NCBI GenBank assembly: GCA_035628995.1
Contig: DASPIR010000017.1
Location: 4,651-68,650, forward strand
Reading direction: 5' to 3'
DNA from: Clostridia bacterium
GTDB lineage: Bacteria > Bacillota > Clostridia > Lutisporales > Lutisporaceae
Length of the DNA: 64,000 bases
Shown: in pieces, positions 37,262 through 44,674 of the stretch
Numbering within the stretch: position 1 is the stretch's first letter
Layout of the letters: every line of letters begins with the position of its first letter
Notes under the pieces: generated by a model
What the model was told of the DNA's origin: nothing
The model's database searches: none
The model's input: only the letters and a program-made list of their open reading frames with translations
Made by a program: the position numbers and the translations under genes

Positions 37262-37636
37262 ATGTTATCCCAAATTTATGAAAGCGTTGAAGATGGAAGA
37301 TATTCTCTTGAAGCCTTACTTGTGATAACAGATGATGGTATCATGTTATATGTAGGTGGGGGAGATAAACCGCATATAGGAACCGTAGTTGTAAGCCAGC
37401 CTCGTCCAAGTATGAAAGTTGACAATGGTGTCAGCTGTACCACTTCAGTAACAAACATGTTATCACATAAAGACGACTTAATAATAGTCCCCATAGCTGA
37501 GGCCGTTTGCAAAAAAGCAAATACAGTAGTTGCAGCCTCGGGAGGGGTTCATATTGACGATGCGGAAGCCTTTGATATAAAAAGATTGATGGATAATATG
37601 GAAGAAATAACAAAAAAGATATTAATAAAACTTTAA
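37262..37636 (+). CDS. small protein coupled to ubiX, possibly an LpdD-like prFMN-decarboxylase accessory subunit
   Basis: 124 aa, adjacent to ubiX (its ATG follows the ubiX stop within ~2 nt, behind GGGAGGGG). Motif ..YVGGGDKPHIGTVVV... The assignment rests on position, size and recollection of lpdB-lpdD type operons. Confidence 0.45.
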   Translation: MLSQIYESVEDGRYSLEALLVITDDGIMLYVGGGDKPHIGTVVVSQPRPSMKVDNGVSCTTSVTNMLSHKDDLIIVPIAEAVCKKANTVVAASGGVHIDDAEAFDIKRLMDNMEEITKKILIKL

Positions 37637-37690
37637 TGTGATTTGAGATCATTGACAATTAAGCCTTACAGAGAATATAATTGGAAATGC

Positions 37691-37733
37691 AGTCAGTTCG
37701 TGACCATCCTGACTTAAAATAAAACTACGGAGG
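37691..37733 (+). promoter_or_regulatory. preQ1-I riboswitch
   Basis: AGUCAG-UUCGUGACCAUC-CUGACU hairpin followed by the A-rich tail UAAAAUAAAACUACGGAGG, which sequesters the SD. It sits directly upstream of queT and is collinear with the B. subtilis queC element (AGAGGUUCUAGCUACACCCUCUAUAAAAAACUAAGG). Confidence 0.75.
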
Positions 37734-37742
37734 TTTTAGAAA

Positions 37743-38207
37743 ATGAATAGAAACAGATACTGGGTGCATGCTGCATTCATAGCAGCTATATATGCAGTGC
37801 TAACCATTGCATTTGCGCCGCTTAGCTATGGGCAGATACAAGTTAGGTTTGCTGAAGCGCTTACCATACTGCCTTTCTTTACACCTGCTGCGATTCCGGG
37901 TCTTTTTGTAGGCTGTATATTAGCAAACTTCTTTGGCCCAGGCGGAATGATCGATGTGATATTTGGAAGTGCAGCAACGCTTATAGCCGCATACCTTTCC
38001 TCCAAAATGCCGGCAAAGTGGCTGGTGCCGCTGCCACCGGTAATAGCAAACGGAATTATTATTGGATATATGCTAAATTATCTCTATCAGCTGCCTTTGC
38101 TGATAACCATTGGATGGGTGGCTCTGGGTGAGTTGATATCCTGCTACTTCATAGGATATCCGCTTTTGCTTCTTCTTGAGAAGTATAGGGATAGAATATT
38201 CAGGTAA
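37743..38207 (+). CDS. queT: queuosine-precursor transporter QueT
   Basis: 154 aa, 5 TM. ..AAIYAVLTIAFAPLSYGQIQVRFAEAL.. QueT signature. Confidence 0.8.
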   Translation: MNRNRYWVHAAFIAAIYAVLTIAFAPLSYGQIQVRFAEALTILPFFTPAAIPGLFVGCILANFFGPGGMIDVIFGSAATLIAAYLSSKMPAKWLVPLPPVIANGIIIGYMLNYLYQLPLLITIGWVALGELISCYFIGYPLLLLLEKYRDRIFR

Positions 38208-38208
38208 C

Positions 38209-38247
38209 AAAAAGCTTATCAGATTAATAATCTGATAAGCTTTTTTT
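38209..38247. terminator. bidirectional terminator
   Basis: 14-bp stem AAGCTTATCAGATT/AATCTGATAAGCTT flanked by an A-run and a T-run, between convergent genes. Confidence 0.8.
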
Positions 38248-39418
38248 ATATATTATTCACTGCCTGCTCTATTCGATTGAGCGCTTCTGCCAATAGGCTT
38301 CTGGGGCAGGCTATATTCATTCGCATGAAGCCTTCTCCGCCAGCTCCAAAAACAGCCCCGTCATTTAATCCTACCTGGGCTTTGTTTATAAAGAAGCTTA
38401 TCAGCTCCTTCTGGTTCATTCCCAGTTCCCTGCAATCCAGCCATATAAGATAGGTGCCCTCAGGCTTTGATACTTTTATTCCCGGTATTTTACTTTCAAA
38501 GTAATCCATCAGGAAGTCAACATTGCCTTCAAGATAAGCGAGGAGCTGGTCCAGCCACTCATTTCCGTGGGTATATGCAGCCTCGAGTGCAGTAATGCCG
38601 AATAAATTGCTCATTTCTATGCCAAGACGCTTTATAGTATTATTAAACTTTTCACGCAAATCCTTATTTGGAATGATAGTTACAGAGGTTGATAGCCCGG
38701 CTATATTGAAGGTCTTGCTGGGTGCAATACAGGTTACTGTGCACTGAGCCAGCTCCTCAGATATTGAAGCGGTAGGTGTATGAGTATTGCCGGCATAAAT
38801 TAGGTCCGAATGTATTTCATCGGAAATAAGTACCACATTATGCTTTATGCATAGCTCACCAACCTTAGTAAGCTCTTCCCTGCTCCAAATCCGGCCAATA
38901 GGGTTGTGGGGGCTGCATAGTATCATGGCTTTTACCCCGTCCCCAAGCATGGCTTCAAGGTCTTCAAAGTCCACGAAGTACCTGCCCTTTTCATATATTA
39001 GCTGGTTATCTACAATAATCCTGTTATTAACTTCTATTGATGAAAAGAATGGGTGGTACACAGGAGACTGTATCAGCACCTTATCCCCAGGCTCTGTAAA
39101 GGAGAGTACACTGAAGCTTAATGTAGGAACAACTCCGGGAGAAGCCGATATCCATTCGCTGCTTATATTCCATCCGTGCCTTTTTTTCATCCAGCTTGCA
39201 ATGGAGGAATAGAAGGAATCAGGCTTCTCGGTATAGCCATAAATTCCATGTTGAGCTCTTTTAACAACAGCATCAATCACTGGCTGAGGAACTTCAAAAT
39301 CCATATCTGCCACCCACATGGGCAGTACTGATCCATTGCCGAAGGTCCTGTCCAGATAGTCCCATTTAACTGAGCTGGTACCTATCCGATTTACACTTTT
39401 ATCAAAGTTGTACTTCAT
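38246..39418 (-). CDS. PatB/MalY-type PLP-dependent C-S lyase (class I/II aminotransferase fold)
   Basis: MKYNFDKSVNRIGTSSVKWD.. is the canonical N-terminus, with ..CSPHNPIGR..SKTFNIAGL... Start set at 39418. The longer ORF-track start would overlap the upstream gene. Confidence 0.85.
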   Translation of the reverse strand: MKYNFDKSVNRIGTSSVKWDYLDRTFGNGSVLPMWVADMDFEVPQPVIDAVVKRAQHGIYGYTEKPDSFYSSIASWMKKRHGWNISSEWISASPGVVPTLSFSVLSFTEPGDKVLIQSPVYHPFFSSIEVNNRIIVDNQLIYEKGRYFVDFEDLEAMLGDGVKAMILCSPHNPIGRIWSREELTKVGELCIKHNVVLISDEIHSDLIYAGNTHTPTASISEELAQCTVTCIAPSKTFNIAGLSTSVTIIPNKDLREKFNNTIKRLGIEMSNLFGITALEAAYTHGNEWLDQLLAYLEGNVDFLMDYFESKIPGIKVSKPEGTYLIWLDCRELGMNQKELISFFINKAQVGLNDGAVFGAGGEGFMRMNIACPRSLLAEALNRIEQAVNNI

Positions 39419-39434
39419 TATGTTCAATCCCCTT

Positions 39435-41219
39435 TTAGATTGCTCTGGTTTCGTGTTTAAGCCAAGTTTTTTCTTGTTCATTGAGGGATGGTGACAGCTT
39501 TTCATAAACTTCTTTATGGTAGTTATTGAGCCAATCCTTTTCCTGCTGTGTGAGTAAATCATTATCAAGTCCGTCCAGGTCTATAGGACAGAAGGAAATG
39601 GTATCAAACTTCATATACTTGCCATATTCTGTTTCGAAGTCATCCACTACCAGCATAATATTCTCAGTACGTACACCATGTAAGCCTTCTTTATATATTC
39701 CAGGTTCGTTGGTCAATATCATACCAGGCTCGAGTACCACAGTATTTATTACAGGAGCCCGCTTGAAGCCCTGTGGACCTTCGTGGACACTAAGCAGGTA
39801 GCCCACTCCGTGGCCTGTTCCACAGCGGTAATCCAAGCCTTCTTCCCATATAGGCCTTCTTGCAAGTATATCAAGATGCGTACAGGTGCAGCCGTACATG
39901 AACTTAGCTGTTGCCAGACCTATATGAGCTTTAAGCACGAGTGTGAAGTCCTTTCGCTGCTCTGCAGTCAGCTTGCCCAATACAATTGTCCTTGTTGTAT
40001 CTGTAGTGCCGTCAAGATATTGTCCGCCGGAGTCAATAAGAAGCATGCCTTCTTTTTCAAGGGCGTATTCAATTCCTGGGACAGCTTTATAATGCATCAT
40101 TGCAGCATGGTCCTTGTAGCCTGCTATGGTATCAAAGCTCGGCCCCTTTGAGAGCTCCTGCTGCAGTCTGAATTCCTTCAGCTTCTCATCAACGGTGATT
40201 TCTGTAATGCCTTCTTTTCCCAGATTGTTGTCAAGCCATATGAGGAATTTCACCAGGGCAACTCCGTCTTTGATATGGCAATTTCGAAGGTTCTTGACTT
40301 CTACATTGTTTTTCAAAGTCTTCAGGTTTGTGGTTATGTTAGGCTCCTGGATTATTTCGAAAGCAGCGGGTACTGACTTGTATAGCCATACATTTGTCTT
40401 TTGGGGGTCTATTGTTATAGCAGCCTCACCCTTTAGAGAGGTAATGGCATTCTCAATTTTGTCATAGTCAAGCACTTCTACATTATCAGCCTTTAATTCT
40501 TTTTTGACTTCGCTGTTTACTTTACTTTGGTCTATAAAAAGCTGGCAGCCAGTCTGTGAAACCAGTACATAGGCTGTAACCACAGGGGTGTTGGGAACAT
40601 CTCCGCCCCTGATATTCAAAAGCCATGCAATATCTTCCAAGGCTGAAAGCAGATAATAGCTAACGCTGAGTTTTTTCATTTCAGCTCGTACGACCTTAAG
40701 TTTTTCGGTTCTTGATTTTCCTGCGTATTTAATATCGTGGGTGAATATCGGAACTTGAGGGATTGCCGGTCTGTCTGCCCATAATTGACCTATAAAGTCG
40801 TAGCTTGCTTCAAAGGAAAGCCTCTTGGATTTATATGCTTTTTCCATTTCATTATAGAGGGAAACCGACATGGATTTTCCATTGAAACCGACTATTCCAT
40901 GGACCGGAAGTACCTCTTTAACCCAATCAATATAGGTTGGCACAACCGGCAGTCCCATTTTGAAAAGCTTTACCTCAGAGCCTTCAAGCTGTTTTTCGGC
41001 TTGCAGAAAATATCTGCCGTCAGTCCATAGGCCCGCTTCCTTTTGTGTAACAACTACAGTCCCCGCAGAGCCTGTGAAGCCTGATATCCACTGCCTTGCC
41101 TTCCAATGCTCCGGTACATACTCGCTCTGATGAGCATCAAAGCTGGGAACTATGAAGGCGTCGATATTTTTCTCTTTCATGAGACCCCTGAGCTTGGAGA
41201 TTCTTTCATTAATCGTCAA
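39435..41219 (-). CDS. aminopeptidase P / Xaa-Pro aminopeptidase (M24B family)
   Basis: 594 aa with creatinase-like N-domains and the M24 core (..DSGGQY..TDTTRT..GHGVGYLLSVHEGP..NEPGIY..). Confidence 0.85.
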   Translation of the reverse strand: MTINERISKLRGLMKEKNIDAFIVPSFDAHQSEYVPEHWKARQWISGFTGSAGTVVVTQKEAGLWTDGRYFLQAEKQLEGSEVKLFKMGLPVVPTYIDWVKEVLPVHGIVGFNGKSMSVSLYNEMEKAYKSKRLSFEASYDFIGQLWADRPAIPQVPIFTHDIKYAGKSRTEKLKVVRAEMKKLSVSYYLLSALEDIAWLLNIRGGDVPNTPVVTAYVLVSQTGCQLFIDQSKVNSEVKKELKADNVEVLDYDKIENAITSLKGEAAITIDPQKTNVWLYKSVPAAFEIIQEPNITTNLKTLKNNVEVKNLRNCHIKDGVALVKFLIWLDNNLGKEGITEITVDEKLKEFRLQQELSKGPSFDTIAGYKDHAAMMHYKAVPGIEYALEKEGMLLIDSGGQYLDGTTDTTRTIVLGKLTAEQRKDFTLVLKAHIGLATAKFMYGCTCTHLDILARRPIWEEGLDYRCGTGHGVGYLLSVHEGPQGFKRAPVINTVVLEPGMILTNEPGIYKEGLHGVRTENIMLVVDDFETEYGKYMKFDTISFCPIDLDGLDNDLLTQQEKDWLNNYHKEVYEKLSPSLNEQEKTWLKHETRAI

Positions 41220-41240
41220 TTCTATTTACCCCTTTCTTAA

Positions 41241-43601
41241 CTAAAAGCTTTTGTGTTCCGTCCTTGTGATTATCTCTTCCTGAAGGGCTTCTGTCAGGTC
41301 ACAGAAGTAGTCGCTGTAGCCTGCTACCCTTACTATAAGGTCTTTGTGCTGCTCGGGGTTTTTCTGTGCCCTTTTTAGTGTATCGGCACTTACAATATTA
41401 AACTGTATATGGTGGCCATCCAGCTTGAAGTAGCTTCTTACAAGCTGAGACAGTCTGTCGATGCCTTCCTCATTCTGCACCAGATCCGGGGTGAATTTGA
41501 TATTCAAGAGAGTGCCTCCGGTTCTTATGTGATCCATTTTCCCTGCAGATTTTATTACTGCTGTTGGTCCATATATATCAGAGCCTTGAACCGGTGATAT
41601 GCCTTCCGACTGAGGCTGACCGGATCTTCTTCCATCCGGTGTAGCACCTGTGACAGAGCCGAAGTACACGTGGCAGGTAGTTGGCAGCATATCTATCCGA
41701 TAGGTCCCGCCTTTTACCGTCTTTCTCCCATTCACTTCGTTGTAATATGCATCGAAGAGCTCCTTCATTATATCATCAGCGTAATCATCATCGTTGCCAT
41801 ACTTTGGGGTATTGTTCATTATAAGCTGTCTCATCCTGTCATTGCCTTCGAAGTTGCTCTTCAAGGCCTCCAGGAACTCAGTCATTTCATATGTTTTATT
41901 TTCAAATACATGCTTTTTTATAGAAGCAAAGCTGTCAGTCAAGGTTCCTATTCCCACACCCTGAATGTAGTTGGAGTTGTATCTTGCGCCTCCCGCATTA
42001 TAATCCTTTCCACTCTTTATGCAGTCGTCAGTCATAATAGAGAGGAAGGGGGAGGGCATCAAGTCGGCGTAAAGCTTTTCTATCACATTGTTTCCTCTGA
42101 TTTTTATTTCGATAAAATGATGCAGCTGTTTCTTGAAAGCAGTCATTAGCTCTTCATAACTCTTGAATTCATTGGCATTTCCTGTCGCTAGACCTATTTT
42201 CTTGCCTGTCCTTGGGTCTATGCCATTATTGAGAGTTATTTCAAGGACTTTTACCAGGTTGAAATAGCCGGTGAGTATATACGCTTCTTTGCCGAAGGCA
42301 CCTGCCTCGACACAGCCGCTGGTTCCGCCGTCTCGCGCATCTTCTACGCTTTTACCCTGACGTACAAGCTCTTCAACTACAGAGTCAGCGTTGAATATAG
42401 AAGGCTGCCCCCAGCCTTTGCTTATTATCCTGCAAGCCCGCTTCAAGAACCTATCTGGATTCTTTTTGCTCAGCTGTATGTTTGAACTGGGCTGCAGCAG
42501 ACGCATCTCGTCTATAACATCGAGTACCATATAGGTCACGTCGTTGACTCCATCTGAGCCGTCAATCTTCAGACCTCCGCTGTTAATGTTGGCAAAGTCG
42601 GTGTAGGTACCGCTCTCCTGAAGGGTTATGCCTACCTTTGGAGGAGCAGGCTGATTGTTGAATTTTACCCAGAAGCACTGGAGCAATTCTTCTGCTGCCT
42701 CAGGTGTCAGTGTACCATCTTCCAGACCCTTTTTGTAGAAGGGCTGGAGATGCTGATCCAATCTTCCCGGGTTGTATGCATCCCAAGTGTTAAGCTCAGT
42801 AATTACACCAAGGTGTGCGAACCAGTACATCTGCAAAGCCTCTCGGAAATTCCTCGGGGCGTTGGCAGGCACATGGGAGCAGACCTCCGTAATTTGCTCA
42901 AGCTCTTTTTTCCTCTCGGGATTGTTTTCCTTCGCTGCCAGCTCAATAGCTTTTTCTGCATGGCGTTTTCCAAAGCTTATAATAGCATCAGCACATATGC
43001 TCATCGCTTTTAGTTCTTCCTGCTTATCATAAACATCCATATCATTGACAAAATCAAGAGCTGCAAGCTGGTTTTCTATATCCTTCCTAAAGCCCAGGAA
43101 GCCCTTCTTATATATCTTGCCATCTCCGACAGTATGGCCGGGAGCTCTTTGCTCCATAAATTCCGTAAATATTCCGCTGCTATAGCAATCCTGCCATTCC
43201 TGGGTCATCTGATCAAACATCAGATCTCTCATGGACTTACCCTTCCAATAGGGTATTATCTCATCCTTTTGTATTTCTTTAGCCTCTTCACTTACTCTGA
43301 AGAATATCTTTTGTCTTTTATCTATGACATCGAAGTCCTCGACAGTATGACAGCACAGCTCCGGGTATGTAGGAGTGGCCTTTGGTGAAGGCCCCCTCTC
43401 ACCCACGATAAGCTCCCCTTCATTGATGCAGATGGTTTTGTTCTCCATCAATGCCTTGAAGGTAAGTGCCCTGAGTACTGGTATAGATACTTTGCCCGCA
43501 TGCTTTTTATATGTGTCTGTAACTATCTGGGCTCTCTCCAAGGACATGGTCGGCACTGCATCAATGCTCTTCTGCCTTAATATCCTGACTCTATCGTTCA
43601 T
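41241..43601 (-). CDS. hypD: glycyl radical enzyme, probably trans-4-hydroxy-L-proline dehydratase
   Basis: 786 aa with the C-terminal glycyl-radical motif ..LIVRVAGYSDYF... Long stretches match my recollection of HypD (FTEFMEQRAPGHTV, WVKFNNQPAPPKVGITL, KTPKYGNDDDYAD, DMLPTTCH.YFG, DGHHIQFN). Confidence 0.7.
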   Translation of the reverse strand: MNDRVRILRQKSIDAVPTMSLERAQIVTDTYKKHAGKVSIPVLRALTFKALMENKTICINEGELIVGERGPSPKATPTYPELCCHTVEDFDVIDKRQKIFFRVSEEAKEIQKDEIIPYWKGKSMRDLMFDQMTQEWQDCYSSGIFTEFMEQRAPGHTVGDGKIYKKGFLGFRKDIENQLAALDFVNDMDVYDKQEELKAMSICADAIISFGKRHAEKAIELAAKENNPERKKELEQITEVCSHVPANAPRNFREALQMYWFAHLGVITELNTWDAYNPGRLDQHLQPFYKKGLEDGTLTPEAAEELLQCFWVKFNNQPAPPKVGITLQESGTYTDFANINSGGLKIDGSDGVNDVTYMVLDVIDEMRLLQPSSNIQLSKKNPDRFLKRACRIISKGWGQPSIFNADSVVEELVRQGKSVEDARDGGTSGCVEAGAFGKEAYILTGYFNLVKVLEITLNNGIDPRTGKKIGLATGNANEFKSYEELMTAFKKQLHHFIEIKIRGNNVIEKLYADLMPSPFLSIMTDDCIKSGKDYNAGGARYNSNYIQGVGIGTLTDSFASIKKHVFENKTYEMTEFLEALKSNFEGNDRMRQLIMNNTPKYGNDDDYADDIMKELFDAYYNEVNGRKTVKGGTYRIDMLPTTCHVYFGSVTGATPDGRRSGQPQSEGISPVQGSDIYGPTAVIKSAGKMDHIRTGGTLLNIKFTPDLVQNEEGIDRLSQLVRSYFKLDGHHIQFNIVSADTLKRAQKNPEQHKDLIVRVAGYSDYFCDLTEALQEEIITRTEHKSF

Positions 43602-43604
43602 GTG

Positions 43605-44510
43605 TTACCCTCCAATCTTTACTTTTATTCCATATGCCAAGAACTTGCCTGCAATGGACTCCACATACTCACTGGATGGTACGGGAATGTCCATTAGGCT
43701 GTTCTGCTTTCCAAGTCTATTATATTTGTCCGCTGCAATATTATGATAAGGCAAAATATTGACTTGTTCTATTCCTGGGGTGCTTTGTATAACCTCCGCT
43801 GTCGCCTTGATATTGCTCTCATCGTCATTGATGCCCGGTATCAGAGGTATTCTTATAAAAATCTTGTTGCCAAGCTGAGATATTGTCTTGAGGTTCTCCA
43901 GTATCAGCTTGTTGGATACTCCGGTGTATTTCATATGCTTATCATCATCCATGAGCTTAAGGTCATAAAGGAACAGGTCAGTCAGACCGCTTATCGTTTT
44001 TATTGTTTCTGGAGCCCCGTAGCCGCTTGTATCAACTGCTGTATGATATTCCCTTTTCTTGCACTGGGTCAGCAGCTCCAGCAGGAATTCCGGCTGTGAA
44101 AGTGGCTCTCCTCCGGAGAAGGTGACACCGCCACCGGATTCGTCATAAAAAATACTATCCTTATCAATCTGATACATAACTTCTTGCACAGCAGCCCACT
44201 TTCCTGCAGCTTCCCTTGCTTTTGCGTAGCAGATCTCAGTGCAGCTGCCGCAAGAAGTGCACGTATCTCTATTAAAGTGCAGTGAGCCATCTAACAAGAA
44301 CAAAGCACCGTGCTTGCAGACCTCCACACACTTGCCGCAGCCTATGCATCTTTTATTGTACAGCATAATCTCAGGGCCAAAAGCCTGGCTCTCGGGGTTG
44401 TGGCACCAGATGCAGGAGAGTGGGCAGCCCTTAAGGAAGACTGTTGTGCGGATACCTGGTCCATCATGTATTGAATATTTTTGAATGTTGAATATTCTTC
44501 CATTACACAA
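43605..44510 (-). CDS. glycyl-radical enzyme activating protein (radical SAM)
   Basis: ..HDGPGIRTTVFLKGCPLSCIWCHNPE.. plus an additional ferredoxin-type Cys cluster region. Start assigned to the in-frame TTG (44510) 5 nt after GAGGTG. Confidence 0.85.
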   Translation of the reverse strand: MCNGRIFNIQKYSIHDGPGIRTTVFLKGCPLSCIWCHNPESQAFGPEIMLYNKRCIGCGKCVEVCKHGALFLLDGSLHFNRDTCTSCGSCTEICYAKAREAAGKWAAVQEVMYQIDKDSIFYDESGGGVTFSGGEPLSQPEFLLELLTQCKKREYHTAVDTSGYGAPETIKTISGLTDLFLYDLKLMDDDKHMKYTGVSNKLILENLKTISQLGNKIFIRIPLIPGINDDESNIKATAEVIQSTPGIEQVNILPYHNIAADKYNRLGKQNSLMDIPVPSSEYVESIAGKFLAYGIKVKIGG

Positions 44511-44542
44511 ATTATCACCTCGCTTAGATACCGAATTAATGT

Positions 44543-44558
44543 AGCAAATAGCATGCCA
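44543..44558 (-). promoter_or_regulatory. sigma-54 (-24/-12) promoter
   Basis: The minus strand reads TGGCATgctatTTGCT, matching TGGCAC-N5-TTGCW, about 33 nt upstream of the activase start. Confidence 0.75.
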
Positions 44559-44617
44559 TATTCTCCTATCGCACAAATGCAGTATCTCTGTCATTCGTGT
44601 AAACGCAAAAAATAAAC

Positions 44618-44633
44618 GTACCGAAAATGGTAC
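44618..44633. promoter_or_regulatory. candidate enhancer (UAS) palindrome 1
   Basis: GTACCGAAAATGGTAC, embedded in a longer hairpin (AAACGTACC..GGTACGTTT) that could also act as the terminator of the regulator gene. Confidence 0.5.
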
Positions 44634-44658
44634 GTTTACGCACTTAATTTAATACGAA

Positions 44659-44674
44659 GTACCGAAAATGGTAC
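44659..44674. promoter_or_regulatory. candidate enhancer (UAS) palindrome 2
   Basis: An identical GTACCGAAAATGGTAC lies 41 bp centre-to-centre from copy 1, abutting the regulator stop codon (its last base is the first base of the stop triplet). Confidence 0.5.

Noticed and set aside
39419-39568. N-terminal extension of the PatB-like ORF (ORF-track start at 39568)
   Set aside because: The extension overlaps the 3' end of the aminopeptidase gene and adds a non-homologous basic leader. The canonical MKYNFDKSVNR.. start at 39418 fits the family.
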